Origin: an uncultured Bifidobacteriaceae bacterium
Lineage (GTDB): Bacteria > Acidobacteriota > Vicinamibacteria > Vicinamibacterales > UBA2999
Assembly (NCBI GenBank): GCA_964619705.1
Contig: CAZUGF010000001.1
Coordinates: 225,327 to 289,326 of the forward strand
DNA: 64,000 nucleotides
Direction: 5' to 3'
Shown here piece after piece: positions 26,061-34,999 of the stretch. Below the pieces are notes generated by a model. The model saw only the letters and a program-made list of their open reading frames with translations, was not told the origin of the DNA and searched no databases. The translations under genes were made by a program, and so were the position numbers. Positions within the stretch are counted from its first letter, which is position 1. Every line of letters starts with the position of its first letter.

Positions 26061-27071
26061 ATGAGCAGCGTCATCTGGGTTCTCCTCGGAATCGGCCTCA
26101 TTGCCGTGTTGCTCGCCCCCGGATACGGTCTGGCGGCGCTTGCCGGCGAGTTCCGGCGCAGGCAGGCCCGCGAGCGGGCCGAGAATGCCCTCAAGCACCT
26201 CATCGGCCAGGCCTCCGCCGGCCGTGCCGCGTCGCTCGGATCACTCCAGGGCGCACTCCATCTCGGCGATCGCGCGCTCCTGGCCCTGACGGGGAAGCTG
26301 GAGCGCGACGGCCTCGTCAGCGCGGAGGGATCCGACCTGCGGCTCACCGTGGACGGGGAGCGGGCGGCGCTTCACGTGCTTCGCGCGCATCGCCTTTGGG
26401 AGCTCTACCTGGCCGACGAGATCGGCGTGCCGCTGCCGCGTGTGCACCGCGAGGCCGAGCGCGCGGAGCACACGCTCAGTTCCGAGGCGCTCAACCGGTT
26501 GTCGGCGGCGATGGGGCACCCGGATGTCGACCCCCACGGCGACCCGATTCCCGGACCCGACGGCACGCTCGCGGCGCCGCCCGGAACGCCCCTCACGGCC
26601 TGGCCGGTGGCGGTGCCCGGCCGGATCGTGCACCTGGAGGATGAGCCGCCGCTTGCCTACGCGCAGTTGACCGCGGAGGGCCTGCACCTCGGCCAGGTGC
26701 TGCACGTCATCGATCGATCGCCGGCGCGTCTCGTGCTCAGCGATGGCGAGAGCGAGTACGTGCTCGCCCCGATGCTTGCCGGCAATGTGCACGTCGCGGC
26801 GATGGCCGGGCCCGCGGTGCGCGGGGCGGACGTCGTCCGTCTCACGGATCTCCCGACCGGCACGCGCGGCGAGATCGTGGCGCTCGAGCCCGGCTGCCGC
26901 GGCTTCACGCGCCGCCGCCTCCTGGATCTGGGCTTCACGCCGGGCGCCCGTATCCGGCACGACCTGACGACGTTCGCGGGCGATCCGCGGGCGTACCGGC
27001 TGCGGGGCACGACGATTGCCCTCCGCCGGGATCAGTCGGACCGCGTGCTCGTCAGGGCCGTGGGGCAGTAG
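26061..27071 (+). CDS. N-terminal hydrophobic helix + DtxR-like module + FeoA domain fusion protein
   Basis: There is an N-terminal hydrophobic helix (VIWVLLGIGLIAVLLAPGYGLAALAG). A DtxR-like core follows (LRAHRLWELYL...VHREAERAEHTLS...HPDVDPHGDPIP), then an SH3-like domain. A terminal FeoA domain follows (VRLTDLPTGTRGEIVALE...RRLLDLGFTPGARI...IALRRDQSDRVLV). It lies directly upstream of feoB. Confidence 0.75.
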   Translation: MSSVIWVLLGIGLIAVLLAPGYGLAALAGEFRRRQARERAENALKHLIGQASAGRAASLGSLQGALHLGDRALLALTGKLERDGLVSAEGSDLRLTVDGERAALHVLRAHRLWELYLADEIGVPLPRVHREAERAEHTLSSEALNRLSAAMGHPDVDPHGDPIPGPDGTLAAPPGTPLTAWPVAVPGRIVHLEDEPPLAYAQLTAEGLHLGQVLHVIDRSPARLVLSDGESEYVLAPMLAGNVHVAAMAGPAVRGADVVRLTDLPTGTRGEIVALEPGCRGFTRRRLLDLGFTPGARIRHDLTTFAGDPRAYRLRGTTIALRRDQSDRVLVRAVGQ

Positions 27072-27090
27072 GGGCGGCCGAGGAGACACC

Positions 27091-27909
27091 ATGAACGTGC
27101 ACACGAACTGCGACACCTGCCCGGCACATGCCGAGATGGCACGGCTCGGACTGGCCGTCGACGGATTCGATCGGGTGGTGGCGCTTGCCGGGAACCCCAA
27201 CACCGGCAAGTCCACGCTCTTCAACGCGCTGACAGGGCTGCGCCAGCACACCGGGAACTGGCCGGGCAAGACCGTCACGCGTGCCGAAGGCGCCTTTCGG
27301 CTCGGCGGTGTCCGCTACAAGCTCGTGGACCTGCCCGGGACCTACTCGCTGCTGTCGGCGTCGCAGGACGAGGAGGTGGCGCGGAACTTCCTCCTGTTCG
27401 GCCGGCCGGACTGCACCGTGGTCATCGTCGATGCCAGCGCGCTCGAGCGCAACCTGTACCTGGTGCTGCAGGTGCTCGAGATCACGGACCGCGCCGTCGT
27501 GGCGGTCAACCTGATGGATGAGGCCCGGCGGCGCGGGCTCGACGTCGACACGCGGAGCCTGTCGCGGGATCTCGGTGTCCCCGTCGTGCCGATCGTGGCG
27601 CGGACGAGCGAGAACGTGATGGCGCTGCTGACCGAGATCGCGGGCGTCGCCTCCGGCGAGACGGTGACGAAACCGCTGCGCCCGCGCGGGACGCCGGAGT
27701 TCGAGCGGGCCGTCAACCGGCTGGTGCCGCTGATCGAGTCCGCGGCGCCCGGCGTGCCGAACGCGCGTTGGATTGCGATCAGGCTGCTCGACGGCGACGC
27801 GGCCGTCGAGGATGCGCTCGCCAGCGGGGCGCTCGCGGAGCTGGTGGCGAGGCAGCAGGCGCCCGACGCGCGCTTCAGCCGGAAGATCGCCCTGCAGGGA
27901 GCCCAATGA
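27091..27909 (+). CDS. feoB: Ferrous iron transporter FeoB, N-terminal G-domain/helical part (separate ORF)
   Basis: An RBS (aggaga) precedes the ATG at 27091. G1 motif GNPNTGKST, G3 motif DLPG and G4 motif NLMD are present. It ends at a TGA that overlaps the next ATG (ATGA at 27906-27909). Confidence 0.85.
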   Translation: MNVHTNCDTCPAHAEMARLGLAVDGFDRVVALAGNPNTGKSTLFNALTGLRQHTGNWPGKTVTRAEGAFRLGGVRYKLVDLPGTYSLLSASQDEEVARNFLLFGRPDCTVVIVDASALERNLYLVLQVLEITDRAVVAVNLMDEARRRGLDVDTRSLSRDLGVPVVPIVARTSENVMALLTEIAGVASGETVTKPLRPRGTPEFERAVNRLVPLIESAAPGVPNARWIAIRLLDGDAAVEDALASGALAELVARQQAPDARFSRKIALQGAQ

Positions 27910-29309
27910 GCGAGCCCGCCACCGCGTCGCCGGCGGACATCGTCCGCGAGGCGGCGGTCCTGCGCCGGTCGCTCGAGGCCGGTTTCCGGGAGGAGGTGGT
28001 CACCTCCCTGTACCGCGAAGTGGAGCGCATCACCGGGCGGGCCGTCCACGACGCCGGAGAACGGCGTCTGGAACTCGATCAGCGGATCGATCGCATCGTC
28101 ACGTCGCGCGTGTTCGGGCTGCCGCTCATGCTGGGCATCCTGGCCGTCGTGTTCTGGCTGACGATCGTCGGGGCCAACGTGCCGTCGCAGATGCTCGCCT
28201 CCGCGCTCTTCCGCGTCGAGGACCTGGGGGCGGCCCTGTTCGACGGCGTCGGCCTGCCCTGGTGGGTGACCGGCTTCGTCTGGCACGGTGTCTTCCGCGG
28301 CCTCGCGTGGGTCGTGAGCGTGATGCTGCCGCCGATGGCGATCTTCTTCCCGCTCTTCACGATGCTCGAGGATCTCGGCTACCTGCCGCGCGTGGCATTC
28401 AACCTCGACTTCCTCTTCAAGAACGCGGGCGCGCACGGCAAGCAGGCCCTGACGATGGCGATGGGCTTCGGGTGCAATGCGGCGGGCGTCATTGCCACGC
28501 GCGTCATCGACTCGCCGCGGGAGCGGCTCGTCGCCATCCTGACGAACAACTTCGTGCCCTGCAACGGGCGCTTTCCGACCCTGATCATGCTGTCGACGGT
28601 CTTTGTCGCCGCGTCGTTCCAGCCGGCGGTGGCTTCGTTGGTGGCCGCCGGGTCCGTGCTCGCGATCGTCCTGCTGGGCGTGCTGTTCACGCTCGCCGTG
28701 TCCTGGGCCTTGTCGCGGACGATTCTCAAGGGTGAGGCCTCCGTGTTCACGCTCGAGCTGCCGCCCTACAGGCGGCCCGGCGTGATGCGCATCCTCTACA
28801 CGTCGCTGATCGACCGCACGCTCTTCGTGCTGTGGCGGGCCGTCCTCACCGCGGCGCCGGCCGGGGCCGTCATCTGGCTCCTCGGCAACATCGAGGTGTC
28901 GGGCGTCAACCTCGCGCGGCACGCGGCCAACGCCCTGGAGCCCATGGGCTGGGCGATGGGGCTCGACGGCGTCATCCTGCTCGCCTACATCATCGCGATC
29001 CCGGCCAACGAGATCGTGGTCCCGACCATGCTGATGGTGTACATGGCCGAGGGGATGATGACGGACCTGACGTCGTTCGACCAGTTGCGCACGCTCCTGG
29101 TCGACCAGCACGGTTGGACGCTGCTGACCGCTGTCAACCTGATGCTGTTCTCCCTCCTGCACAATCCCTGTGCGACGACCATCCTGACCATCTACAAGGA
29201 AACGCTGAGTGCCAGATGGGCGGCCATCGGCGCGCTGATGCCGCTCGTGCTGGGGATTATCGTCACGATGGCCACGGCCGCGGTGGCGCGGGCGCTGTTC
29301 GGCGCGTGA
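27906..29309 (+). CDS. feoB: Ferrous iron transporter FeoB, membrane (gate-motif) part (separate ORF)
   Basis: The ATG at 27906 is in another frame. The product is polytopic (FGLPLMLGILAVVFWLTIVGANVP...) and colinear with the C-terminal two thirds of FeoB. Confidence 0.85.
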   Translation: MSEPATASPADIVREAAVLRRSLEAGFREEVVTSLYREVERITGRAVHDAGERRLELDQRIDRIVTSRVFGLPLMLGILAVVFWLTIVGANVPSQMLASALFRVEDLGAALFDGVGLPWWVTGFVWHGVFRGLAWVVSVMLPPMAIFFPLFTMLEDLGYLPRVAFNLDFLFKNAGAHGKQALTMAMGFGCNAAGVIATRVIDSPRERLVAILTNNFVPCNGRFPTLIMLSTVFVAASFQPAVASLVAAGSVLAIVLLGVLFTLAVSWALSRTILKGEASVFTLELPPYRRPGVMRILYTSLIDRTLFVLWRAVLTAAPAGAVIWLLGNIEVSGVNLARHAANALEPMGWAMGLDGVILLAYIIAIPANEIVVPTMLMVYMAEGMMTDLTSFDQLRTLLVDQHGWTLLTAVNLMLFSLLHNPCATTILTIYKETLSARWAAIGALMPLVLGIIVTMATAAVARALFGA

Positions 29310-29350
29310 TCGTCCGGGGCGGGGGACGCCCCATCGACGATAATCGCGGC

Positions 29351-30061
29351 GTGCGCCTCGGTGATGCTTTCGAGAGTCCGCAGTCCCGGCGCCTGTACGT
29401 GCGGCGCCTGTTCGGCACGATCGCGGATCGGTACGACCTCATCACGCGGCTGCTGTCGTTCGGGCAGGACAGCCGGTGGAAGGCGCGACTGGTGCGCGAA
29501 GCGCAGGTGTCCGCCTCGGACGTCGTCGTGGACCTGGCGTGCGGCACCGGGGACATCGCGCTGGCGTTTGCCGCGCTCGGCGCCCGGCGCATCATCGGGC
29601 TCGACATCGTGCCGCGCATGGTCGCGATTGCCGCGGCCAGGGGCGGGGACGTGTCCTACGTGATCGGAGACATGGGGACGCTCCCGCTCGGGCGGGCCAG
29701 CGTGGATCTCGTGACCACCGGCTACGGGCTGCGGAACGTGCCCGATCTCGACGAGGCGATCGACGAGATCGCGCGCGTGCTGCGTCCGGGCGGCCGGTTC
29801 GTCTCGCTGGACTTCAATCGGCCCGAGTCCGCACCGGTGCGGGCGCTCTTCCTGGCCTATCTCACCGCCGTCGGAGCCACCCTCGGCTGGCTGCTTCACA
29901 GGGATCCGGACACCTACCGCTACATCGCCGCCTCGATTCGGCGCTATCCCGGCGCGGCCGGTGTCGCGGGGCGTCTCACTGCGCGTGGATTCACGAAAGT
30001 GCGCACGATTCCCCTGCTGGGCGGCCTCATGACCCTCCACGTGGCCAGCCGGACGCCGTAG
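29351..30061 (+). CDS. ubiE: Demethylmenaquinone/ubiquinone C-methyltransferase (UbiE/MenG family)
   Basis: Start is the GTG at 29351, or the GTG at 29306 overlapping the feoB stop. Motifs: RRLFGTIADRYDLITRLLSFGQDSRWK, SAM motif VVDLACGTGD, and RVLRPGGRFVSLDF. Confidence 0.85.
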   Translation: MRLGDAFESPQSRRLYVRRLFGTIADRYDLITRLLSFGQDSRWKARLVREAQVSASDVVVDLACGTGDIALAFAALGARRIIGLDIVPRMVAIAAARGGDVSYVIGDMGTLPLGRASVDLVTTGYGLRNVPDLDEAIDEIARVLRPGGRFVSLDFNRPESAPVRALFLAYLTAVGATLGWLLHRDPDTYRYIAASIRRYPGAAGVAGRLTARGFTKVRTIPLLGGLMTLHVASRTP

Positions 30062-30217
30062 CCGGGGTGCCTGCCCGGGCCGGAGCCCGCACGGGCGCGG
30101 GCCGTTCACGAGACTATCGAGCGCCGCGGCTCGGGCCGATGTATAGAGTGGCGTGAAGCGCAGGGCGGCCGTGTGCAGCCCGGGCGCCGGACACGTCCGT
30201 GTGCGACCTGAAACCCG

Positions 30218-32290
30218 ATGGCCCTAGTCGATTCCCTGCTGACCGCGATGGTGCGCGCCGATGGCGACGCGCTCGTCATGCACGTGGGCGAAAGACCCTA
30301 CGTCGTGGCCCAGTCGAGAACCATTGACGTCTCGACCCACGGACTCAACCTGAGCGCGATGAACGGGATGCTGGCGCAGCTCCTGCCCGTCGATGCCAGG
30401 GCCGCCCTCGATGAGCTCGGCGCCGTCGAACAGACGCTCCCGTCGCGCGGATCGGACCGCTTCACCGTGGTCGCGGCCCGTGGCGGCGAGGACATCTGGA
30501 TCGAGATCCGCCGCCGCCGCGAGGCGCGGGCCGTCGACATTGTCGACGTGGAACCCGCGCCAGCGGCTCCACCGGCCGCCGAGACCTCCGAGGCCCCTGC
30601 GGCCACCGAGGCCGAGCCGGCTGCCGAGGCGGTCCCCGTGTCGAGTGCCGGGCCGGACGCCGATGCGGACGCCGGAACGAGCGCGGACGCGGCGGCTGAA
30701 CCGACGATCGAGCTGACTGACGACGCGCCCCCCGTCAGCGGTGCGCCGCTCGATACCGATACCGATGCTGACGCCGACTTCGACGCCGATGCCGGCGCTG
30801 CGCGGCACGAACCCGCTGAAGACACGCCGGCGATGAACGGCATGCCGGCCCTTGAGATTGACGCCCGGGCGGATTCCACCGCCGGCGCGCTGGAGGAAGA
30901 TACGATGGCGATCGACGAGTCCTCGTCTGCGGGTGAGCCGCAGGTGCCGGAGCCGGTGGCGGCTGAGCTGACCGCTGATCTGCAGGCGGTGGCTGGAGCC
31001 GCGGATGCGGTCACGGCCTCGAGCGGCGATGCCGCGGCGGCGTCGCCGCCCGCGCCCGCCATGGCGTCCGGAGCCGTGGGCGCTGCGCACGGCGATCCGC
31101 CGCAGACATCTCGTCCGTCCACCCACCAGGCCGATGTGCCGCCAGTGACGCGTCGCGTGCGCATCGAGGTGCCGCCGTCGAGAAGCGGCGCCCCGCGCGC
31201 GGCGGGCGCGGACCGCCTGCTCCGGGCGGCTGCCGCCCTGGGCGCGACCGAGCTCTTCGTGACGCCGCAGGCCGTGCCGTACGTGCGCGTGGATGGCGAC
31301 ATTCGCCCGCTCGACGGCGAGGCCGCGCTGACGGCCGGCGAGGTCGAGGCGGTCCTGCTGGAGCTGGCGCCCGAGACCCTGCGCGAACAGGCACGCCACG
31401 GCGAGTCGGGGGAGTGGCTGGCGGAGATGGCGGACATCGGCCGCGTGCGGTGCGCGAGCTTCCGCGACCAGCGCGGGGTCGGCCTGCTGTGCCGCCTGAC
31501 GTCCACGCGCGCCGCCTCGCTCGAACAGCTCGGACTCGGGCCGGAAGTGCAGGCGCTGGCGACCGAACCGGACGGCCTCGTTCTCGTGGCCGGCCGCGAG
31601 GGCAGCGGCAAGTCGTCCATCATCTCGGCGCTCGTCGATGCGATCAACCGCAGGCGCGCGGACTACGTCATCACGCTGGAGCCAGAGCTGCGGCTGCTCC
31701 ACGAGAACCGGCATGCCCTGATCAGTCAGCGCGAGGTGGCGGGCGGTGAAGCGCTGGTGGCTGCGGCCCGGGCGGCCCTTCGCGAGGCCCCCGACGTGCT
31801 CGTGATCGACGGCCTTGATTCCGCCGAGATGGTCGACCTCGTCCTCGGCGCCGCCGGACGCGGCCTCCTCGTCGTGGCCTCGGTGCCCGCGGCCTCGGCG
31901 ACCGACGCCGTGGCGCACATCGTCGGGCTCGTGCCGGACGATCGCCGGGCATCCGTGCAGGCGTCGCTGGCCGGGCTTTTCCGCGGGGCTGTCTCGCAGG
32001 TGCTGGTCCGCAAGGCGGCCGGCGGGCGCGTTGCCGCGCGGGAACTGCTGCTCGCCTCGGGCGACGTCACGCGCGTCATCGCGAGCGGGTCCTTCGTCGA
32101 ACTGCCGGGCGCGCTCGACGCCGGGCGCCGGTACGGGATGACGTCGCTCACCGCCACGCTCGTCGAGCAGGTGCAGGGCGGCGTGGTGGATGTGCGGGAG
32201 GCCTGGCGCAAGGCGCCGAATCGCGACACGCTGGTTGCCGGCCTCAAGGCCGCCGCCGTGGACACCTCGCTGATCGATCGGCTCGCGTAG
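30218..32290 (+). CDS. PilT-like secretion-ATPase-family protein with duplicated N-domain, long acidic linker and degenerate catalytic motifs
   Basis: 690 aa. Residues 1-100 and ~335-440 both read like the PilT N-domain. Residues ~105-330 are low complexity, rich in Ala/Asp/Pro/Glu. The C-terminal core is colinear with PilT (GLVLVAGREGSGKSS...ALREAPDVLVIDGLDS...GRVAARELLL). Confidence 0.75.
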   Translation: MALVDSLLTAMVRADGDALVMHVGERPYVVAQSRTIDVSTHGLNLSAMNGMLAQLLPVDARAALDELGAVEQTLPSRGSDRFTVVAARGGEDIWIEIRRRREARAVDIVDVEPAPAAPPAAETSEAPAATEAEPAAEAVPVSSAGPDADADAGTSADAAAEPTIELTDDAPPVSGAPLDTDTDADADFDADAGAARHEPAEDTPAMNGMPALEIDARADSTAGALEEDTMAIDESSSAGEPQVPEPVAAELTADLQAVAGAADAVTASSGDAAAASPPAPAMASGAVGAAHGDPPQTSRPSTHQADVPPVTRRVRIEVPPSRSGAPRAAGADRLLRAAAALGATELFVTPQAVPYVRVDGDIRPLDGEAALTAGEVEAVLLELAPETLREQARHGESGEWLAEMADIGRVRCASFRDQRGVGLLCRLTSTRAASLEQLGLGPEVQALATEPDGLVLVAGREGSGKSSIISALVDAINRRRADYVITLEPELRLLHENRHALISQREVAGGEALVAAARAALREAPDVLVIDGLDSAEMVDLVLGAAGRGLLVVASVPAASATDAVAHIVGLVPDDRRASVQASLAGLFRGAVSQVLVRKAAGGRVAARELLLASGDVTRVIASGSFVELPGALDAGRRYGMTSLTATLVEQVQGGVVDVREAWRKAPNRDTLVAGLKAAAVDTSLIDRLA

Positions 32291-32296
32291 CGGGCG

Positions 32297-32728
32297 TCAG
32301 CCCAGCCAGGGCAGCAGCTCTTCGAGCAACGCGTCGACGACGTCGTCCTCGGTGAGGGCGGCGATGCCGGGGATGCCGGTCCTGATGGGCCGCTCGGTGT
32401 GGATGACGCGGCTCCCGCGGCTCCGCGTCACCTGGACCATCGGCTGCGGCGGGTCGGCGCCCGGATCGAACGAGAGCGCGATGACATCGTCGCGGTGGCG
32501 TTCGGGGCTCATGCGTACCTCGCCCGAGGGCGTCATCACCGACCACGCCTGCCCCTCGGACTTCAGCACCATGGCCACGGTCCGGAACGCCGGGATGGCC
32601 GCGGTCTCGAGGAACTCCTCGTAGGCCTTCTGCGCGGTCTGCACGCGGGCACGGCGATCGGTCGCCTCGCGCCGCGCCTGCTCCATGAGCTTCTGCACCC
32701 GCTTCCTGAGGAGCGCTACGTCGCCCAC
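32297..32728 (-). CDS. Hypothetical protein (143 aa), last gene of the aminotransferase operon
   Basis: The GTG start is 1 nt after the CoA-transferase stop. It has an N-terminal helical segment (LLRKRVQKLMEQARREATDRRARVQTAQKAYEEFLE). No family recognised. Confidence 0.5.
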   Translation of the reverse strand: MGDVALLRKRVQKLMEQARREATDRRARVQTAQKAYEEFLETAAIPAFRTVAMVLKSEGQAWSVMTPSGEVRMSPERHRDDVIALSFDPGADPPQPMVQVTRSRGSRVIHTERPIRTGIPGIAALTEDDVVDALLEELLPWLG

Positions 32729-32729
32729 G

Positions 32730-33917
32730 TCAGATGGCTCCCGCGCGTCTCAGGCTGTCAATCATCCCGCGATCGTACTCCAGTTCCCCGAGGACCGCGT
32801 CCGTGTGCTGGCCGAGCGTGGGCGGCGGCGTGCGGACGCCGGCCGGTGTGGCGGACAGCTTGATGGGCGCGCCGACGACGCGCGTCGCGCCCGCCGTCGG
32901 GTGGATGAGCGTCTGGACCATCTCGCGCGCGGCGAGGTGAGGGTCCGCCAGGACCTCGCGCACGTCGCGCACCGCCCCGCAGGGGACGGCCGCGGCGCGC
33001 AGGCGCGCCGTCCAGTCCTCGCGCGTCCGCTGCCGGAACGCCGCGTTCAGCACCATCGACAGCGCCGGGTAGTTGACCAGGCGATCGCGGTTGTGCCGGA
33101 AGCGCGGGTCGTCGGCCAGGTCGGCCAGGTTCAGGACGGGGCACAGGCGCTGCCAGATCGCATCGTTGCCGACCGCGATGACGATCTCGCCGTCCGCCGT
33201 CTCGAACGTCTCGTAGGGCGCGATCGTCGGGTGGCGATTGCCCATCCGCACGGGCGTCTCGTCGGTGGCGAAGAAGTTCGCGGCCTGGTAGGTGAGCAGC
33301 GCCGCCGTGGCATCCAGCATGCCCACGTCCACGCGCTGGCCCTGTCCCGTCCGCTCGCGCGCGAGCAGCGCGGCCGTGATGCCCTGGGCCGCGAAGAGGC
33401 CCGCCACGATGTCGGAGATGGCCACGCCCAGCCGGTAGGCCGGCCCGCTGGCATCGCCCGTGACGCTCATCAGGCCGCCCTCGGCCTGGATGACGGCGTC
33501 GTAGCCCGCCTCCTCCCGCCGTGGTCCGGACTGCCCGTACCCGGAGATGGACGCGTACACCAGCCGCGGGTGTGCCTCGCGCAGCGCGTCCCACCCGAAC
33601 CCCGCGCGGTCGAGCGCGCCCGGCCTGAAGTTCTCGACAAAGACGTCCGCGCGCGCCACCAGGCGCGAGAGCACCTCGCGTCCCTGCGGGTGCTTGAAGT
33701 CCACCGTGACGCTTTCCTTGTTGCGGTTGACGCTCAGGAAGTACGCGCTCTCCGGCCCGACGAAGGGCGGCCCCCACTGGCGCGTGTCGTCGCCCTGGCC
33801 GGGGTGTTCCACCTTGATGACCCGTGCCCCGAGATCGGCCAGGACCATCGTGCAGTACGGCCCCGACAGCACGCGCGTCAGGTCCACCACGGTCACGCCC
33901 GCGAGCGGGCCGCTCAT
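32730..33917 (-). CDS. Family III CoA-transferase (CaiB/BaiF family)
   Basis: Homology starts at the ATG at 33917 (MSGPLAGVTVVDLTRVLSGPYCTMVLADLGARVIKVEHP). ATGA overlap with the upstream gene. Confidence 0.85.
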   Translation of the reverse strand: MSGPLAGVTVVDLTRVLSGPYCTMVLADLGARVIKVEHPGQGDDTRQWGPPFVGPESAYFLSVNRNKESVTVDFKHPQGREVLSRLVARADVFVENFRPGALDRAGFGWDALREAHPRLVYASISGYGQSGPRREEAGYDAVIQAEGGLMSVTGDASGPAYRLGVAISDIVAGLFAAQGITAALLARERTGQGQRVDVGMLDATAALLTYQAANFFATDETPVRMGNRHPTIAPYETFETADGEIVIAVGNDAIWQRLCPVLNLADLADDPRFRHNRDRLVNYPALSMVLNAAFRQRTREDWTARLRAAAVPCGAVRDVREVLADPHLAAREMVQTLIHPTAGATRVVGAPIKLSATPAGVRTPPPTLGQHTDAVLGELEYDRGMIDSLRRAGAI

Positions 33918-34999
33918 CGCGTCTCTCCTTCCTGTGCGCCGGCTTCCCGTGTGCGCGCGATCCGCGCGAGATCGGTGAGCACGGCATAGGCCGTCTGGTC
34001 CAGGCTGCTCGTGCGCTGCACGATGCCGATCTCGCCGAGCAGGTCCGTCCGGAGGTAGAGCGCGTTCTCGACGGCCTCGAGCTGGGCGAGCGGATCGTGC
34101 GGGTCCAGCACTTCCGGTTCCACCTGCACCGCCACCGATCCGCCATGCCGGTGGGCGGAGGCCACGAGGCGGATGCGCCTTCCGTGGGCCAGGGCTTCCT
34201 GGACGTCGGCCGTGGTGACGTCGGCAATGCCGGTCCGCACGACGTGGTGCGGCGTGACGGCGCCTCCCATCAGGACGTTGACGAGCGCGGCGGCCTTGGC
34301 GGCGGCATCCCAACCATCGATGTCGAGCGAGGGATCCGCCTCCGTGATGCCCCGCGCCTGCATCTGGCGGACGGCGGCGTCGAACGGCTGTCCCCGCTCG
34401 AGTTCCGACAGGATGAAGTTCGTGGTCGTGTTGATGACGCCGCGGAACCCGTCGATGCGGATGGCCGGCAGCGTCTCGCGGACGAGGTTGAAGACCGGGA
34501 CGCCGTCCATCACCGCGCCTTCGAAGAGGAAGTGCCGGCCAAGACGGTCGGCCAGCGCCTCGAGCTCGTGGAATGCGAAGGCCGCCGGCCCCTTGTTGAC
34601 CGTGACGACGTGCATCTGTCCCTCGAGCGCCGCCCGCACGTGGGACACCGCCGGCTCGCCCGCGTCGATGTCGAGGACGGTGGACTCGATCGCCACCAGA
34701 CGGCCCTCCGCGGCGTCGTCCGCCAGGAGATCGGCCACCTGCCGCAGGACGTCGATCGTGCTGCGCTGGCCGGGCTCGTCATCCAGCTCGTCGAGCGATC
34801 CCCCGGCATCGATGAGCGCCCGGGCGCGCGCGATGTCTACGCCGACCGCGTCGACGACGGATCCATGACGGCCCGTGGCGACGGCCACGACGCGCCAGTC
34901 GAAGTCCAGGCGATCGCCCACCTCGTCGAGCATGCGCACGAAGCGGCGGGCGACCTGGCCGAAGCCGATGAGCGCGAGCGACAGCTCGGGCCGGCTCAT
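33914..34999 (-). CDS. Homoserine dehydrogenase-like NAD(P) oxidoreductase (no ACT domain)
   Basis: Motifs ALIGFGQVARRF, VVTVNKGPAA, FEGAVMDGVPVF, INTTTNFILSEL and EADPSLDIDGWDAAAKAAAL are colinear with homoserine dehydrogenase. Confidence 0.8.
   Translation of the reverse strand: MSRPELSLALIGFGQVARRFVRMLDEVGDRLDFDWRVVAVATGRHGSVVDAVGVDIARARALIDAGGSLDELDDEPGQRSTIDVLRQVADLLADDAAEGRLVAIESTVLDIDAGEPAVSHVRAALEGQMHVVTVNKGPAAFAFHELEALADRLGRHFLFEGAVMDGVPVFNLVRETLPAIRIDGFRGVINTTTNFILSELERGQPFDAAVRQMQARGITEADPSLDIDGWDAAAKAAALVNVLMGGAVTPHHVVRTGIADVTTADVQEALAHGRRIRLVASAHRHGGSVAVQVEPEVLDPHDPLAQLEAVENALYLRTDLLGEIGIVQRTSSLDQTAYAVLTDLARIARTREAGAQEGETR

Noticed and set aside
30224-31918. 564-aa and 449-aa minus-strand ORFs over the PilT-like gene
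   Set aside because: They are antisense to a frame that aligns colinearly with PilT. Their products are Arg/Gly/Ser/Ala-rich and domain-free.
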